NCBI GenBank assembly: GCA_002499445.1
Contig: DALS01000064.1
Coordinates: 283-64,282 of the forward strand
Length of the DNA: 64,000 nt
Direction: 5' to 3'
DNA from: Methanosarcina sp. UBA293
GTDB lineage: Archaea > Halobacteriota > Methanosarcinia > Methanosarcinales > Methanosarcinaceae
Position numbers and translations under genes: made by a program. The notes under the pieces are model-generated. The model searched no databases, was not told the DNA's origin, and worked only from the letters and a program-made list of their open reading frames with translations. Shown in pieces: positions 48,689 to 58,390 of the stretch (its first letter is position 1; the number at the start of each line of letters is the position of its first letter).

Positions 48689-50164
48689 ATGGATATACAA
48701 GAATGGGAACAGTTACATAGAGACGCTTTTTACGATGTTAAGAGGGCCCTTCCTTACCTGGAAGGTATGTTTGTAGCTTACAATAGCAATATCGATGCTA
48801 TCAAACACCTTACAGAAGAAGACCTGTCCAGGTTTATAGGATATTTTAACGAGGCAGAGATTCAGGCAAGAGTTGAAACATATCCAAGGGAAGTAAAAGA
48901 GCCTTTGGATTTCATATCTCGCCTGCTAATTTCCATGCGAGAGGGAAAAGCCGCTGAAATTCCTACCTATACCTCAGATACTCACATATGGCTGAAGGAG
49001 CACCTGGGTTTTGATTATGCGCGCATGGGCGGCCAGGCAGGGATAATTTCCAACCTTCTTACCCAGCTCGGGTTAAAAAAAGTAGTGGCATATATTCCCT
49101 GGCTTTCCGAAGAGCAGGCCGAATATTTTGTGGATTCTGAAAATCTCCTGCATCCTAAGGTAGAAGATGGAAAAGTCGTGCTTAAGCCCCCGCGGCAAGC
49201 CTTCAAGCCCGGATTGGAGTCAAAAGTCAACTGGATCTTTGAGTATTCAAAAGACCTGGAAATAACCTATGGTGGAAACAAATTTAAGGTGCCGAGAGAT
49301 AACCGACTTATAATTTCTTCCCGCCCAAAATGGATCCGCCTGGACATGGACCGAGAGATCTATGAGCACCTTGACGCACTCTTCCCAATTGACGGGGCGA
49401 TGCTTTCAGGTTATCAGATGATTAAAGAGCGGTACGAAGATGGGACTACCTATAAGGACTATGTTTCACATTCAGTGAATGCTATTGAGAAACTTAAGGC
49501 TCTAAATCCTGAACTTCGCATCCATGTAGAGCTTACATCCATCCAGAACCGCGTTATAAGAAAGGCTATCCTTACAGAGATTGTTGCAAAAAATGTCCAT
49601 TCCCTGGGTCTTGATACCGTAGAAGTGGCAAATGCCTTAAACGTTCTGGGGCATGAAGAACTCTCTTATTCCGTGATAAGAAAAGAAGAAACCGGAATAA
49701 CTTCACTCTATCAGGGAGCTGTTCAGCTTTTAAAGGACCTCTCACTTGAAAGAGTCCACGTGCATTGTCTTGGTTATTACATCTGTATCCTTTCAAAAGA
49801 TCACCCTCTCACACTTAAAGAACACAGGGATGCCCTGCTCTTTTCCTCAACCCTAGCTAGTATCAAAGCGCTTAAAGGAAAAATCGAGAACCTTGAAGAT
49901 GCAGCAGCAGGGCTGAAAGTTCCGATTTCAAGTAAAGGCATTGAAGACCTGGAGAACTTCAAGGTTTATTGCGTAGGAAAAAAACTCTGTACCTCTGAGG
50001 AGTTTGAACACGGATACCTTTATGGGCCTGACCATGATGCGGTTTTAATTCCTACAAAAGTGGTAGAGAAACCCACAGTAACAGTCGGGATAGGGGATAC
50101 AATCTCAGCAGGAGCTTTTGCAGCCATGCTTGCAAAAATGAAGCAGACACAAGCAGGAGAATAA
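48689..50164 (+). CDS. pfkC: ADP-dependent phosphofructokinase
   Basis: AYNSNIDAIK, RMGGQAGI, SIQNRVIRK, TVGIGDTISAG. Confidence 0.88.
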   Translation: MDIQEWEQLHRDAFYDVKRALPYLEGMFVAYNSNIDAIKHLTEEDLSRFIGYFNEAEIQARVETYPREVKEPLDFISRLLISMREGKAAEIPTYTSDTHIWLKEHLGFDYARMGGQAGIISNLLTQLGLKKVVAYIPWLSEEQAEYFVDSENLLHPKVEDGKVVLKPPRQAFKPGLESKVNWIFEYSKDLEITYGGNKFKVPRDNRLIISSRPKWIRLDMDREIYEHLDALFPIDGAMLSGYQMIKERYEDGTTYKDYVSHSVNAIEKLKALNPELRIHVELTSIQNRVIRKAILTEIVAKNVHSLGLDTVEVANALNVLGHEELSYSVIRKEETGITSLYQGAVQLLKDLSLERVHVHCLGYYICILSKDHPLTLKEHRDALLFSSTLASIKALKGKIENLEDAAAGLKVPISSKGIEDLENFKVYCVGKKLCTSEEFEHGYLYGPDHDAVLIPTKVVEKPTVTVGIGDTISAGAFAAMLAKMKQTQAGE

Positions 50165-50219
50165 ATTCTCTTTCATTTAATCCGAAACTTCCCATTCCAC
50201 GGATACAGGAACTGGTTAG

Positions 50220-51770
50220 ATGAATATACTTTGTGGATATAATGTCAACATAGACTCAGTATACAGGATCAATAGGGCTGAAATATCAGAACTGCTTGAA
50301 ACCTTTGAGGAAGCTGAAATCCTTAATAAAATCGAGAACCTACCCGGAAACATTGCTTCAGAAGCAGATTTTGTGGCAGGGCTCGCCTACTGTATGAAAA
50401 ATGGATATGGAGCCGAATGGCTTGTTTCTGAGCATTCGGTCTTCAAATTTCTTAAAAACCGTTATTTTGGAAAATCTCTTGTAAGAATGGGCGGAAACGC
50501 CGGAATAATGGCAAATGCCCTTTCCAAATTAGGCGCTTCCAAAGTAATTACAAATGTAGCAGTGCCCTCAAAAACCCAGCTGTCTCTCTTCTCAAAAAAG
50601 GCAATTTACATCCCGGATATCCTTACGCAGACAGAGGAAAATTCAGGAGAAAAACCTGAAGAGAACAAAAATGTTGGAAGAAAGCCTGAAAAAAATAAGA
50701 ATACAGAGAAAGAGTCTGAAGAAAATGAGGGTACGGTTTCCGGCAGCCTTGAACCCATACATTTTGTTTTTGATTTTTCCGAGGGCGAGACATTTTCCCT
50801 GTACGGGACAATAATAAAGGTCCCAAGGGAAAACCGCTTCATAGCAACCTGCGATCACTTAAATCTCAGACTCTTTGCCAATCCTGCATTTGAACAGTAT
50901 GCCTTCCAACATGCCTGCGAGATTGATGGTGCACTTATCTCGGGTTTTCATCTCCTGCTTGAGAACTATCCTGACGGCAGCACCTATGAAACAGTTCTTG
51001 ATAATGCCATCTCCCAGCTCAGAAGCTGGAAAGCTAGTAACAATAAGCTTCGGATTCACCTGGAATTCGGACATTTTGCAAATAAAAAGATTGTAAATTC
51101 GGTTTTTCTGGAATGTGCAGATCTTTCTGATAGCCTTGGAATGAATGAAGACGAGCTCGCAATGCTCTATGACCTGCACGGAATTTCAGGAGAAGGACTT
51201 CTAAATATGGAGGCAGAAGCCGTAGCCTGTGCTGCATGCAGGCTGGCATCAAGGTACAGGCATAAAGAGCTCCTAATTCACACTAGGGAATTTGTGCTGA
51301 CAGTCTCTAATCTGGATTTTATTTCTAAACTGGGTTTTAAATCTAGTTTCAATCCACACTCCGAAAGTCATACAGACTTCCGAACCTCAACAGAAATGAA
51401 AAATTCAATAGAAGATTCTGAAAGTTCAATTTTCCAAAAGGCTACCGGTAAAAAACTTGAAGCCCTAGAATTTGGGGTCAGATGTGCAGGCGCGTATGCA
51501 GCCACAGGCAGGCTTGAAGGATGGGAATTCGTAGAAGAAGAAGCTTCAAAACTTCAGGAAAGCATATTTGGAAGAGAACAGATCGATGCTTTCCTTAAAG
51601 CTTTTAATGGAAAAACTCTCAGGCAGGGCGCTTATGCTCTCTGGGAGGGTTATTTAATCTGCATACTCCCAACACTGCTTTCCAAATCGCCTGTAACTAC
51701 GGTCGGGCTGGGAGACACGTTAACTGCAGGGATTTTTCTAAGAGGGCTTGAGCTCAATGTACAGGCTTAA
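50220..51770 (+). CDS. ADP-dependent glucokinase-family kinase
   Basis: YNVNID, RMGGNAGIMAN, RENRFIA, HLEFG, TVGLGDTLTAG. Confidence 0.82.
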   Translation: MNILCGYNVNIDSVYRINRAEISELLETFEEAEILNKIENLPGNIASEADFVAGLAYCMKNGYGAEWLVSEHSVFKFLKNRYFGKSLVRMGGNAGIMANALSKLGASKVITNVAVPSKTQLSLFSKKAIYIPDILTQTEENSGEKPEENKNVGRKPEKNKNTEKESEENEGTVSGSLEPIHFVFDFSEGETFSLYGTIIKVPRENRFIATCDHLNLRLFANPAFEQYAFQHACEIDGALISGFHLLLENYPDGSTYETVLDNAISQLRSWKASNNKLRIHLEFGHFANKKIVNSVFLECADLSDSLGMNEDELAMLYDLHGISGEGLLNMEAEAVACAACRLASRYRHKELLIHTREFVLTVSNLDFISKLGFKSSFNPHSESHTDFRTSTEMKNSIEDSESSIFQKATGKKLEALEFGVRCAGAYAATGRLEGWEFVEEEASKLQESIFGREQIDAFLKAFNGKTLRQGAYALWEGYLICILPTLLSKSPVTTVGLGDTLTAGIFLRGLELNVQA

Positions 51771-52599
51771 CCCCGAACTCTTTGACCTTAATTATACGCT
51801 TGACTGCGGGCAGGTATTCCGCTGGAAGCGAGACGGAAACGAGTGGACAGGAGTTGTAAGAGACCAGGTCATCCGGCTTTCCCAGGACAAAGGACAACTG
51901 TTTGTCGATTCAAAACTTCAACCTGAGTTTTTTACTCATTACTTCCGCCTGGACGACGATCTGCCTTCAATCTACGAAAGCATAAACCGAGACCTGTTAA
52001 TCGACCGAGCGATCTGTAAATACAAGGGCTTGAGGTTAATTCGACAGGACCCCTGGGAATGCCTGATTTCCTATATGCTCGCAACCGCCTCAAGCATCCC
52101 TACAATCCAGAAACGAATCTACCTCCTTAGCCGATATTTGGGGGAGGAGCTTGAACCAGGATATTTCAGCTTTCCTGACCCTGAAACCCTTGCAAATGCC
52201 GATCCCTCCATACTTGAAAAGTGCAAGCTAGGTTTCAGAACCCGAAACGTAAAAACCGCAGCTGAAGAAGTGGCTTCTGGCGAACTGGATCTCGACGTTC
52301 TTTTCCGTCTGGAGTATAGATACGCGCGGGAACGGCTTATGAGACTTCGCGGTATAGGGGAAAAAGTTGCCGACTGTGTACTTCTTTTCGCTTTCGAGAA
52401 AATGGAAGCCTTTCCGGTAGATACCCATATCAGGCAGATCATCCAGCATTACCACATAGATGACAGTTACTTTGAAACCTGCACAAGTATGAGCTGTATG
52501 GGAGACTGGGGACGGGAATATTTCGGGCCTTATTGCGGGTATGCTCAGCAGTATCTCTATTATCAAAAAAGGGTTGAAGGGTTTGTAAGTCTTTATTGA
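51757..52599 (+). CDS. 8-oxoguanine DNA glycosylase-type HhH-GPD enzyme
   Basis: TLDCGQVFRW, LIRQDPWECLIS, LRGIGEKVADCVLLF, FPVDTH; overlaps the kinase stop. Confidence 0.9.
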   Translation: MYRLNPELFDLNYTLDCGQVFRWKRDGNEWTGVVRDQVIRLSQDKGQLFVDSKLQPEFFTHYFRLDDDLPSIYESINRDLLIDRAICKYKGLRLIRQDPWECLISYMLATASSIPTIQKRIYLLSRYLGEELEPGYFSFPDPETLANADPSILEKCKLGFRTRNVKTAAEEVASGELDLDVLFRLEYRYARERLMRLRGIGEKVADCVLLFAFEKMEAFPVDTHIRQIIQHYHIDDSYFETCTSMSCMGDWGREYFGPYCGYAQQYLYYQKRVEGFVSLY

Positions 52600-52985
52600 A
52601 TTCTGTTTTTCAATCATGTCAGATATTAGCGTTTATGATATCGATTCAATCAAAGCCCTTGTATATGCAGCTGCTACAACTGTTGCATACTGCTGCCAGT
52701 CATAATTTTTCTTGGAATTTTTCCTAGGGGTGATTTTCCAAGAATTTCTAATTAACTTTGTTAAGACAGAGACAATTTAATAAATTATATATGCAATAAC
52801 ATTTAACCGTTGTAAAGTATAAAACATAGCTAATTAATTGCTAATACGAATATTCATAGATAATCTCTACAATTTGAAACCTTTGATGTTATATGACATT
52901 ACAATTTAGTTTAAATTAAATAGAATTTTCCTCCTTGTTCTGCTTTTAATAAATAATAAAAATCTGACTCGTGATGTGTCACATA

Positions 52986-53987
52986 ATGAAAAATAATTAT
53001 GATCGACAGATTCTTGCCTTGAACGATGAACAATTGGAACAGTTCGTCAATGATTGGATTAGTTGCAAGGCTATGGGTTATGTTGAAGTTGATAGGTTCT
53101 CCGGTGCCGGTGATTTAGGGCGCGATGTAGTAGGATTTCTTTCGAAAGAACGTCATGAGGGTCTTTGGCATAACTATCAGTGCAAACAGTATGGAAGAAA
53201 ACTTCCTACAGAAACAGCGATTTTGGAAATCGGCAAAATACTCTATTATGCTTATCAGGGAGAATTTTCAGTTCCTGAGCGATATATCTTTGTTGCGCCA
53301 CGCGGTGTGAACCGGAATCTCGAAAGACTCATTAATAATCCCAGCCAGTTTAAGGCCAAACTTATTGATAATTGGGACCAATATTGTTCTACAAAAATAA
53401 GTGATGGTTTGACGATTCCTCTTGATGGAGGCCTAAAGATATTCATATATGCCTTCGATTTCTCGACAATTAAGCGTTTAGCGCTTGATAATATTCTGAA
53501 AGATACTTGCATTAAGCCTGTGCTTCACAAGTGGTTTGGCGAAGAACTGGGACCCGCCCCCAAAGGCCAAACACCAGCAGAAATTCAGGATTCTGAACTT
53601 CCTTACATAAGGCAGCTTGTCGGCGCATATAGCCAGCGGTGTGGACAAACTTTCGCTGACTATAAAGATATTGAAAATCATCCCGAATATAGTATCCATC
53701 TATTACGTCAACGCGAACGTTTCTACGATGCTGATGCTTTTAAGCGATTTTATCGCGACAATACAGAGCCGGAAGTTCTTGATTCATTTGAAACAGATAT
53801 CTATTATGGGGTTATTGATACTTTTAGTGCTGAACATAAAGATTCTTTAGCCCGCGTAGATGCTGTTATGATACAGGCTTCGGTTGTGCAGGCAGCTGGA
53901 CCACTAGCTAAGTATGCTCGTGTTCCAATTAAGCAAGGTGTTTGCCACCACTTCGCAAATGAGGGTGACTTGATATGGCATCAATAA
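52986..53987 (+). CDS. ABC-3C/Lamassu effector (LmuA-like): Mrr-type PD-(D/E)xK nuclease plus C-terminal domain
   Basis: GDLGRDV...NYQCKQY nuclease motif; C-terminal RERFY...GVCHHFANE. Confidence 0.8.
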   Translation: MKNNYDRQILALNDEQLEQFVNDWISCKAMGYVEVDRFSGAGDLGRDVVGFLSKERHEGLWHNYQCKQYGRKLPTETAILEIGKILYYAYQGEFSVPERYIFVAPRGVNRNLERLINNPSQFKAKLIDNWDQYCSTKISDGLTIPLDGGLKIFIYAFDFSTIKRLALDNILKDTCIKPVLHKWFGEELGPAPKGQTPAEIQDSELPYIRQLVGAYSQRCGQTFADYKDIENHPEYSIHLLRQRERFYDADAFKRFYRDNTEPEVLDSFETDIYYGVIDTFSAEHKDSLARVDAVMIQASVVQAAGPLAKYARVPIKQGVCHHFANEGDLIWHQ

Positions 53988-54487
53988 AAGATTCGGATGA
54001 AACACAGAATATGATTTTATTTAATAGCCCTCTTGAGACTGGTGTACGTGCGGTAGTTGTTCTTAATGCGGCTCATCCTAAAGCTTTCGACTTATCTCAG
54101 GTTACATGGCTTGATCACCTAGTTGTCCATACAAGCGACATCGGAGGTCCAAAGAGTCTTCATCCAGATGTGTCATCTCGTAGTGGTGAATTACTGGTTC
54201 GTCGGAGCTTAATTGAAGAAAGTTTAACGTTGATGCGCCGTCTACATCTGATTGATGTTCTTGCTGATGAACGTGGAATTGTTTATCAAGCCAGCGATGA
54301 AGCTTACTCTTTTGTTGAGCTGATGCGCTCCAAATATGCCTGCGATTTAAAGGTACGATCAGAGTGGCTTGCAGAAAACTTCTGTAACATGGATAAAGAA
54401 CAGATGAAGAAGTTAATTACAGATAAACTAGGTAGATGGGATATAGAATTCCAGCATGAAGTAATACCTTCGGGGTCTCGAACGTGA
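53975..54487 (+). CDS. ABC-3C middle component (LmuC-like)
   Basis: FNSPLETGVR...DHLVVHTSD...SLHP...ELLVRR; overlaps both neighbours. Confidence 0.8.
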   Translation: MASIKDSDETQNMILFNSPLETGVRAVVVLNAAHPKAFDLSQVTWLDHLVVHTSDIGGPKSLHPDVSSRSGELLVRRSLIEESLTLMRRLHLIDVLADERGIVYQASDEAYSFVELMRSKYACDLKVRSEWLAENFCNMDKEQMKKLITDKLGRWDIEFQHEVIPSGSRT

Positions 54488-56364
54488 CACATAACGGATT
54501 GGTTATTAGACATCTTGTGTTTACCGGCCCTAATGTAGAGCCAGCTAGCTTAGACTTCCAGCCTGGCACGAATCTTGTTTATGGCGCTTCGAACACCGGA
54601 AAGTCATTTACGCTGAAATCGCTCGATTTTATGCTTGGAGGCTCAAAGCCGCTATCCGATTTTAAAGAACGCAAGGGATACGAAGGAATTTGGCTTGGTT
54701 TCTCTCTTGAAGGTATAGGCGATTTCACCCTGTTCAGAGCAATCTCAGGAGGACAATATGAGCTTTATAACGGTCTCATATCCTCGGCTCAGATTGAACA
54801 AAAAATAGGAATACTCTCTTCGAGGCACGATTCCAAGACTGATGCTAACCTATCCCAATTCCTACTTAAATATCTTAAATTGTCTGGCAAGTATGTAGCT
54901 AATAATGCTGTGGGAGAAAAGCATAGTTTGAGTTTCCGTGACCTTGCGGAAATTCTGCTGGTTGACGAGACTAGTATCTATATTGAACGATCACCCATTG
55001 AGAGTGGAAGTCCTGTGACTCGCACGAAGGAACGTAGCGTCTTCAGATTCCTTCTCACTGGCGCAGATGATAGTGCGGTTGTGGCTAATATCAAAGAAAG
55101 CACCTTCAAAACATCAAAGGTCGCTATGCTTGAAATAATTGAGGAAATGATTTCCGATGTTGAGTTAAAAATAGCAGAAAACTATCCAAATGTAGATCTT
55201 CCTGCCCAGATTATACTATTAGATGAGAAATTTAAGCAAATTCAGACAGAATTGGAATTGATTCAGGAGCCAATTCTTAAACTTGTTGAAGAAAAAAGAT
55301 TTTTGTCGGTTCAGATTCCAAAAATAAGTACTCGGCTAGAAGAAATCCAACTCCATATCCAACGTTTTGAACAGCTCGAAGAGGTCTATCTTTCTGATAT
55401 TGAAAGATTGAAGGCAATAGATGAGGCAAGTTTCATTTTGTCGCTCGATAATAGTGAGTGGGATTGTCCATTATGTGGTACACCTGTTGAGATGCAAAAA
55501 CATGCCTATTCATTAGAAAATATTAAAAAGATGAGTCAGGCATCGCTAGTAGAAATTGAAAAAATCGAACACCATCGCTCAGATCTTGCGGATACAGTTA
55601 ATAATCTTAAATATGAAAGAGAAAAACTCAAATCTACTCTTCCAGATCTTAAAGAGAAGCTCGCCACAGTTGAGCATAATATCATTTCGCTTACTCCAGA
55701 TGTCAATAATAGTCACTTTGAACTAAATGAGATTATCAAGGCAAGAGATTATGCAAGAAAGGGATTGTCTCTTCTTGAAAAAAGGGATGAGTTACTCTTA
55801 AAGCAAAAGGAATTGAAGAATCTTAAAAAACCTTCGAGTGCAAACAATCCAAAATTAATTCTTCCAGCAGATGAATCGCACGAATTCTGCAAAGTTGTCA
55901 GCGAGGTACTTAAGAGATGGGAATTCCCCGGCGATTGCAATGTGTCATTTGATTATGATACATATGATCTGAGGATTGATGGAAAATTGCGTATTGACAA
56001 TGGTAAAGGTGTTAGGGCTGTAACACATGCAGCCTTCAAGGTTGCACTTCTATTGTTTTGCCGCAATAGAGGACTCCCACATCCGGGATTTGTTGTGCTC
56101 GATACGCCGCTGTTAACTTATAGGGATCCTATGAAAAACACGAAGTTAGGAGATCTAACAGAGGATGAAAAGGCACTTTCAAAAACTTCCTTAAAGGAAA
56201 GATTTTTCGAACATTTAGCTTCTATACATCACCTCGGCCAATTCATCATATTAGAGAATATTGATCCCCCTGAAAACATAGAGAACCTCGCTCACGTGCA
56301 CTTGTTCTCTGGAAACACTGAAGAAGGCCGATATGGCCTATTCCCAGTGTATACTAATGGATAA
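54484..56364 (+). CDS. SMC/Rad50-like ABC ATPase (LmuB-like)
   Basis: Walker A GASNTGKS, long coiled coil with CPLCG hook, degenerate signature NGKG, Walker B VVLDTP. Confidence 0.85.
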   Translation: MTHNGLVIRHLVFTGPNVEPASLDFQPGTNLVYGASNTGKSFTLKSLDFMLGGSKPLSDFKERKGYEGIWLGFSLEGIGDFTLFRAISGGQYELYNGLISSAQIEQKIGILSSRHDSKTDANLSQFLLKYLKLSGKYVANNAVGEKHSLSFRDLAEILLVDETSIYIERSPIESGSPVTRTKERSVFRFLLTGADDSAVVANIKESTFKTSKVAMLEIIEEMISDVELKIAENYPNVDLPAQIILLDEKFKQIQTELELIQEPILKLVEEKRFLSVQIPKISTRLEEIQLHIQRFEQLEEVYLSDIERLKAIDEASFILSLDNSEWDCPLCGTPVEMQKHAYSLENIKKMSQASLVEIEKIEHHRSDLADTVNNLKYEREKLKSTLPDLKEKLATVEHNIISLTPDVNNSHFELNEIIKARDYARKGLSLLEKRDELLLKQKELKNLKKPSSANNPKLILPADESHEFCKVVSEVLKRWEFPGDCNVSFDYDTYDLRIDGKLRIDNGKGVRAVTHAAFKVALLLFCRNRGLPHPGFVVLDTPLLTYRDPMKNTKLGDLTEDEKALSKTSLKERFFEHLASIHHLGQFIILENIDPPENIENLAHVHLFSGNTEEGRYGLFPVYTNG

Positions 56365-56453
56365 AAAACAGATGCAGATGAGAAAAAAACGTATCCTAAG
56401 ATAAAATCCCAACCAGCTAATTAAATCCGCTCTTTATTGCCATTGAGCACTCT

Positions 56454-57818
56454 TTACATCCATCCCCTCAAAAAAACCCTGAAATCAGGATCTTTTAACC
56501 TGCAAATCCCGACATCTTCAATAATCTCAAAACCCCTCTCTACGCTCTGATGCACCTGTTTTCCAAGAGAGCAGCTAATGAGCCGTTCTTCGAGAAGCCC
56601 TTTTGCTGTCGGGTACTTGCGCTGGATTTCAAAGACATATTTTCCGTTTTCGATATAGCCTCCGAAAACGCCGTCCACGCCCTGATATTTTTCCTTGAAC
56701 TTCTCGGCGTGTACTTTTACCCAGACCGGGGGACCGATGTGTTTTTTCACGTTGGGGAGGGTGCCTGAGATAAGTTCTAACATAACTGCGGTTTTGGTTT
56801 TGCCTGACCAGACCCCGGTTTTTATCACTGTAAAATCATATTCTTTCAGAAGGACAGCTACTGCCTGCTCCATTTTATAGAGCTGCGGATAGAGTACATC
56901 CTCTACCACATCCGGGGTTTTGAAGACGATTGCAAGCTGGGTGCTCTTCCGGACTTCAAGCCGTTCCAGAATTTCACTGTCCTCGAGAGGGAGAAGAGGA
57001 GTTGGGAAGAAGCACCTGAGTTCTGGGCTTTTAAAAAATTCCCGGCAGTGGTCTATGAACATACAAAATTTGTCAAGGGAAAGAGCTGCTGCCACGTTCC
57101 GCTTCGGGTCGGTTGGGTCAACCATTACCAGGGGTTCAGCGTGCTCGATTTCCGCGTGCTTCATTATATCGATTTTTACACCGGGTTTCCAGGAGCAGGC
57201 TGCCCAGACGGTTTTTTCGAAGGAGCTGTAGTGGATTATCAGGAGTTCGGTCAGGTAGCCTGAAAAGCCCTGGGTCTTTAATTCCGAGCCATAGACCCCG
57301 CCTCCGCGCATGAACTGCTTCAAAAGCAGGACCTCGTCTTCATGCCCTTTTATACGGGGTTTGACAAAATCGTTATGAAAAGGAGTCCTGTCAACTGCAG
57401 ATTTGATCCGGGAAGCTGAAGCAACCCTGAAGCAGGGGACAAGATCCACATCAAAGCCTTTGTATGTAATATTCAGATAAGGATGTTCAGCGTGGCGGTC
57501 TTCGGCATACTCAGCATTTTTTGCCACTTCCCTTGCAATTGCCATGCCCAGGTTTTCAAGTTCCTTTCTGGGCGTCTCTTCAGGAAAGCTTATAAAAATA
57601 TCAATATCATGAGTGCCTGAAAGCCAGGTACCTCTGGCAGCGGAACCTACTATTATTACAAGCACTTCCTGGATACCGAGCCTCTCTGCTGCGGCTTTAA
57701 CCTGCAAGGCGAGCTCTTCCTGGACCGCTAGGAGTTTTTCTTTCTCAGGTTCAGTGGGTTTTATTCTCTCAAGGACTGCAAGCTTTAATTTATCGGGAAT
57801 GCCTGTATGTGTTTCCAT
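56454..57818 (-). CDS. cca: Archaeal CCA-adding enzyme
   Basis: GSAARGTWLSGTHDIDIF, AEHPY, DLVPC, AVDRTPFH, GFSGYLTELL, DPTDPKRNVAAA. Confidence 0.96.
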   Translation of the reverse strand: METHTGIPDKLKLAVLERIKPTEPEKEKLLAVQEELALQVKAAAERLGIQEVLVIIVGSAARGTWLSGTHDIDIFISFPEETPRKELENLGMAIAREVAKNAEYAEDRHAEHPYLNITYKGFDVDLVPCFRVASASRIKSAVDRTPFHNDFVKPRIKGHEDEVLLLKQFMRGGGVYGSELKTQGFSGYLTELLIIHYSSFEKTVWAACSWKPGVKIDIMKHAEIEHAEPLVMVDPTDPKRNVAAALSLDKFCMFIDHCREFFKSPELRCFFPTPLLPLEDSEILERLEVRKSTQLAIVFKTPDVVEDVLYPQLYKMEQAVAVLLKEYDFTVIKTGVWSGKTKTAVMLELISGTLPNVKKHIGPPVWVKVHAEKFKEKYQGVDGVFGGYIENGKYVFEIQRKYPTAKGLLEERLISCSLGKQVHQSVERGFEIIEDVGICRLKDPDFRVFLRGWM

Positions 57819-58390
57819 GCCAGGTACGGCTCCATATTTTTACTCTGCAGAGTGGATCTTAATTATCCTGTTAATTGTATTGGTTTCTGCTTATTAAGTG
57901 TCAAAAACTGCCTCTTCAATCTTATAACTTGTGGGTATCAAACTGCGCAAGCTCTGTCTATGCATTATTCATTATAGTATCAAAAAATAATTTGTGTATT
58001 TGTTACGGTCTTAAAAGAGTTGTTTGTATGTTTATTACAGTACTAAAAAACCGATTATTTACTTGCTATATTAAAAAGCGGTTAAAAACTGCTTTAAGAT
58101 GTTTAAGGCTTTAAATACATTATTTTATTGTTTTTGATTTTTATATCTCATGTTTTCTCAAAATTTTAATATAACACCCAAAAATTTTTATTAAAGGTCA
58201 GTGTTATTAGAAAATGTACAATTGTTAAAAATATACATAGTAAAATATCTTTGATATAACCCAAATAGACGGGGGTATCCGCATTCAGGATATATTTAGG
58301 ATACTCAGGGAATTATTATTTCCTATTTTTTCCTTCTCAGAGCCTGAAAATTACGCTCCCGTTTTTATGAAATAATAGAGGAGGTTTAAT

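Noticed and set aside
52616-52705. 29-codon ORF MSDISVYDIDSIKALVYAAATTVAYCCQS at the defence-island edge
   Set aside because: No RBS; too short to support without conservation data
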